DNA from: Camelus dromedarius
Lineage: Eukaryota
Assembly (NCBI RefSeq): GCF_036321535.1
Contig: NC_087437.1
Span: 119,972,001 to 120,036,000 of the forward strand
Reading direction: 5' to 3'
DNA length: 64,000 bases
The position numbers were made by a program, and so were the translations under genes. This document shows positions 63,306-64,000 of this stretch, in pieces. Position 1 is the stretch's first letter. Each line of letters begins with the position of its first letter. Below the pieces are notes generated by a model. That model did not search any database. It was not told where the DNA came from and worked only from the letters and a program-made list of their open reading frames with translations.

Positions 63306-64000
63306 CTTTACGGCCTGACCTAATGTTGCAGACCCCTTGGAGCACTTAGGCGCTGATATTTTGTGTGTTTATTTGATCATCTCGGGCCTTGGGCCTCGGG
63401 CCTCCCAAGTGCCAGCCAGGGCAGGTCGGGGTAGTGCTGCCAGGCCCGTTTCTGCAGTGCTCCCTCCTTCCCCAGGGAGAAAGATGTCCCGTGGGAGAGT
63501 CCTTACCTTGAAGGACTGTGCTCCTACTTTTCCTAAGACGTGTCCACTGCCCTTTAGCAGCAAGTGTATGATGAAAGTTTTGAATGTCAGTGTTTAATGT
63601 TGCCAGTGATAGTCATGGTCTTAAAAACAAAGCTGTGATGTGAATTTTAAATTCTGCCAGCTGTGATAGACCAGCCCATTACTAAAATGGATTCTGAGAC
63701 CATTAAACAACTTTGTTGTTAGAATTTTGCTGTGTCTCTGGTGGACACGTACGGACCTTTGGCTCAGAAATATGTTTTGGGGATAGATTTTGTTTACCAG
63801 GATTTAACGTCTGTGATTTTATTTGAACGTTAAACTTCAAGTGGTACTTCCCCAAACCTTGTTTGAAAAGTAAAGTGAGTTCTGGACAGATGTATTCCTC
63901 AGAATGAGTTACTGACCGAGCACCTCCCCTGGATGGGACAGGAAGCCAGGAGACGGGACAGGCAGGCAGGTGGCTGGTGTTTCCAGGCTGCAGTCACCTA

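Noticed and set aside
63106..63349. Cys/Val- and His/Thr-rich ORFs
   Set aside because: Translations of a (TG)n microsatellite

Overview
Mammalian genomic DNA, probably camelid given five tRNA-Ala-derived Vic-1-like SINEs, syntenic to human 21q22.3. It contains coding exons 1-4 of WDR4 (- strand, gene continues past the left edge), the complete NDUFV3 gene (+ strand, with the large symmetric cassette exon 3), and the CpG-island promoter, non-coding exon 1 and start of intron 1 of PKNOX1/PREP1 (+). About half of the intergenic DNA is recognisable transposable elements (L1, L2, MIR, MLT1/MLT2/ERV1 LTRs, Charlie/Tigger/hAT). The most interesting signal is a colinear series of decayed, mostly splice-flanked minus-strand segments between NDUFV3 and PKNOX1 (~35-48.6 kb). 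Their frameshifted translations resemble the RGS22/RGSL1 multi-RGS-domain family, suggesting an unannotated unitary pseudogene of a lost paralogue. Also seen: two candidate L1 3' transductions with target-site duplications, and a PREP1-PBX decamer + CCAAT module across the PKNOX1 exon 1 donor (possible autoregulation). Protein and repeat-family comparisons are from memory, not database searches, and repeat boundaries are approximate.
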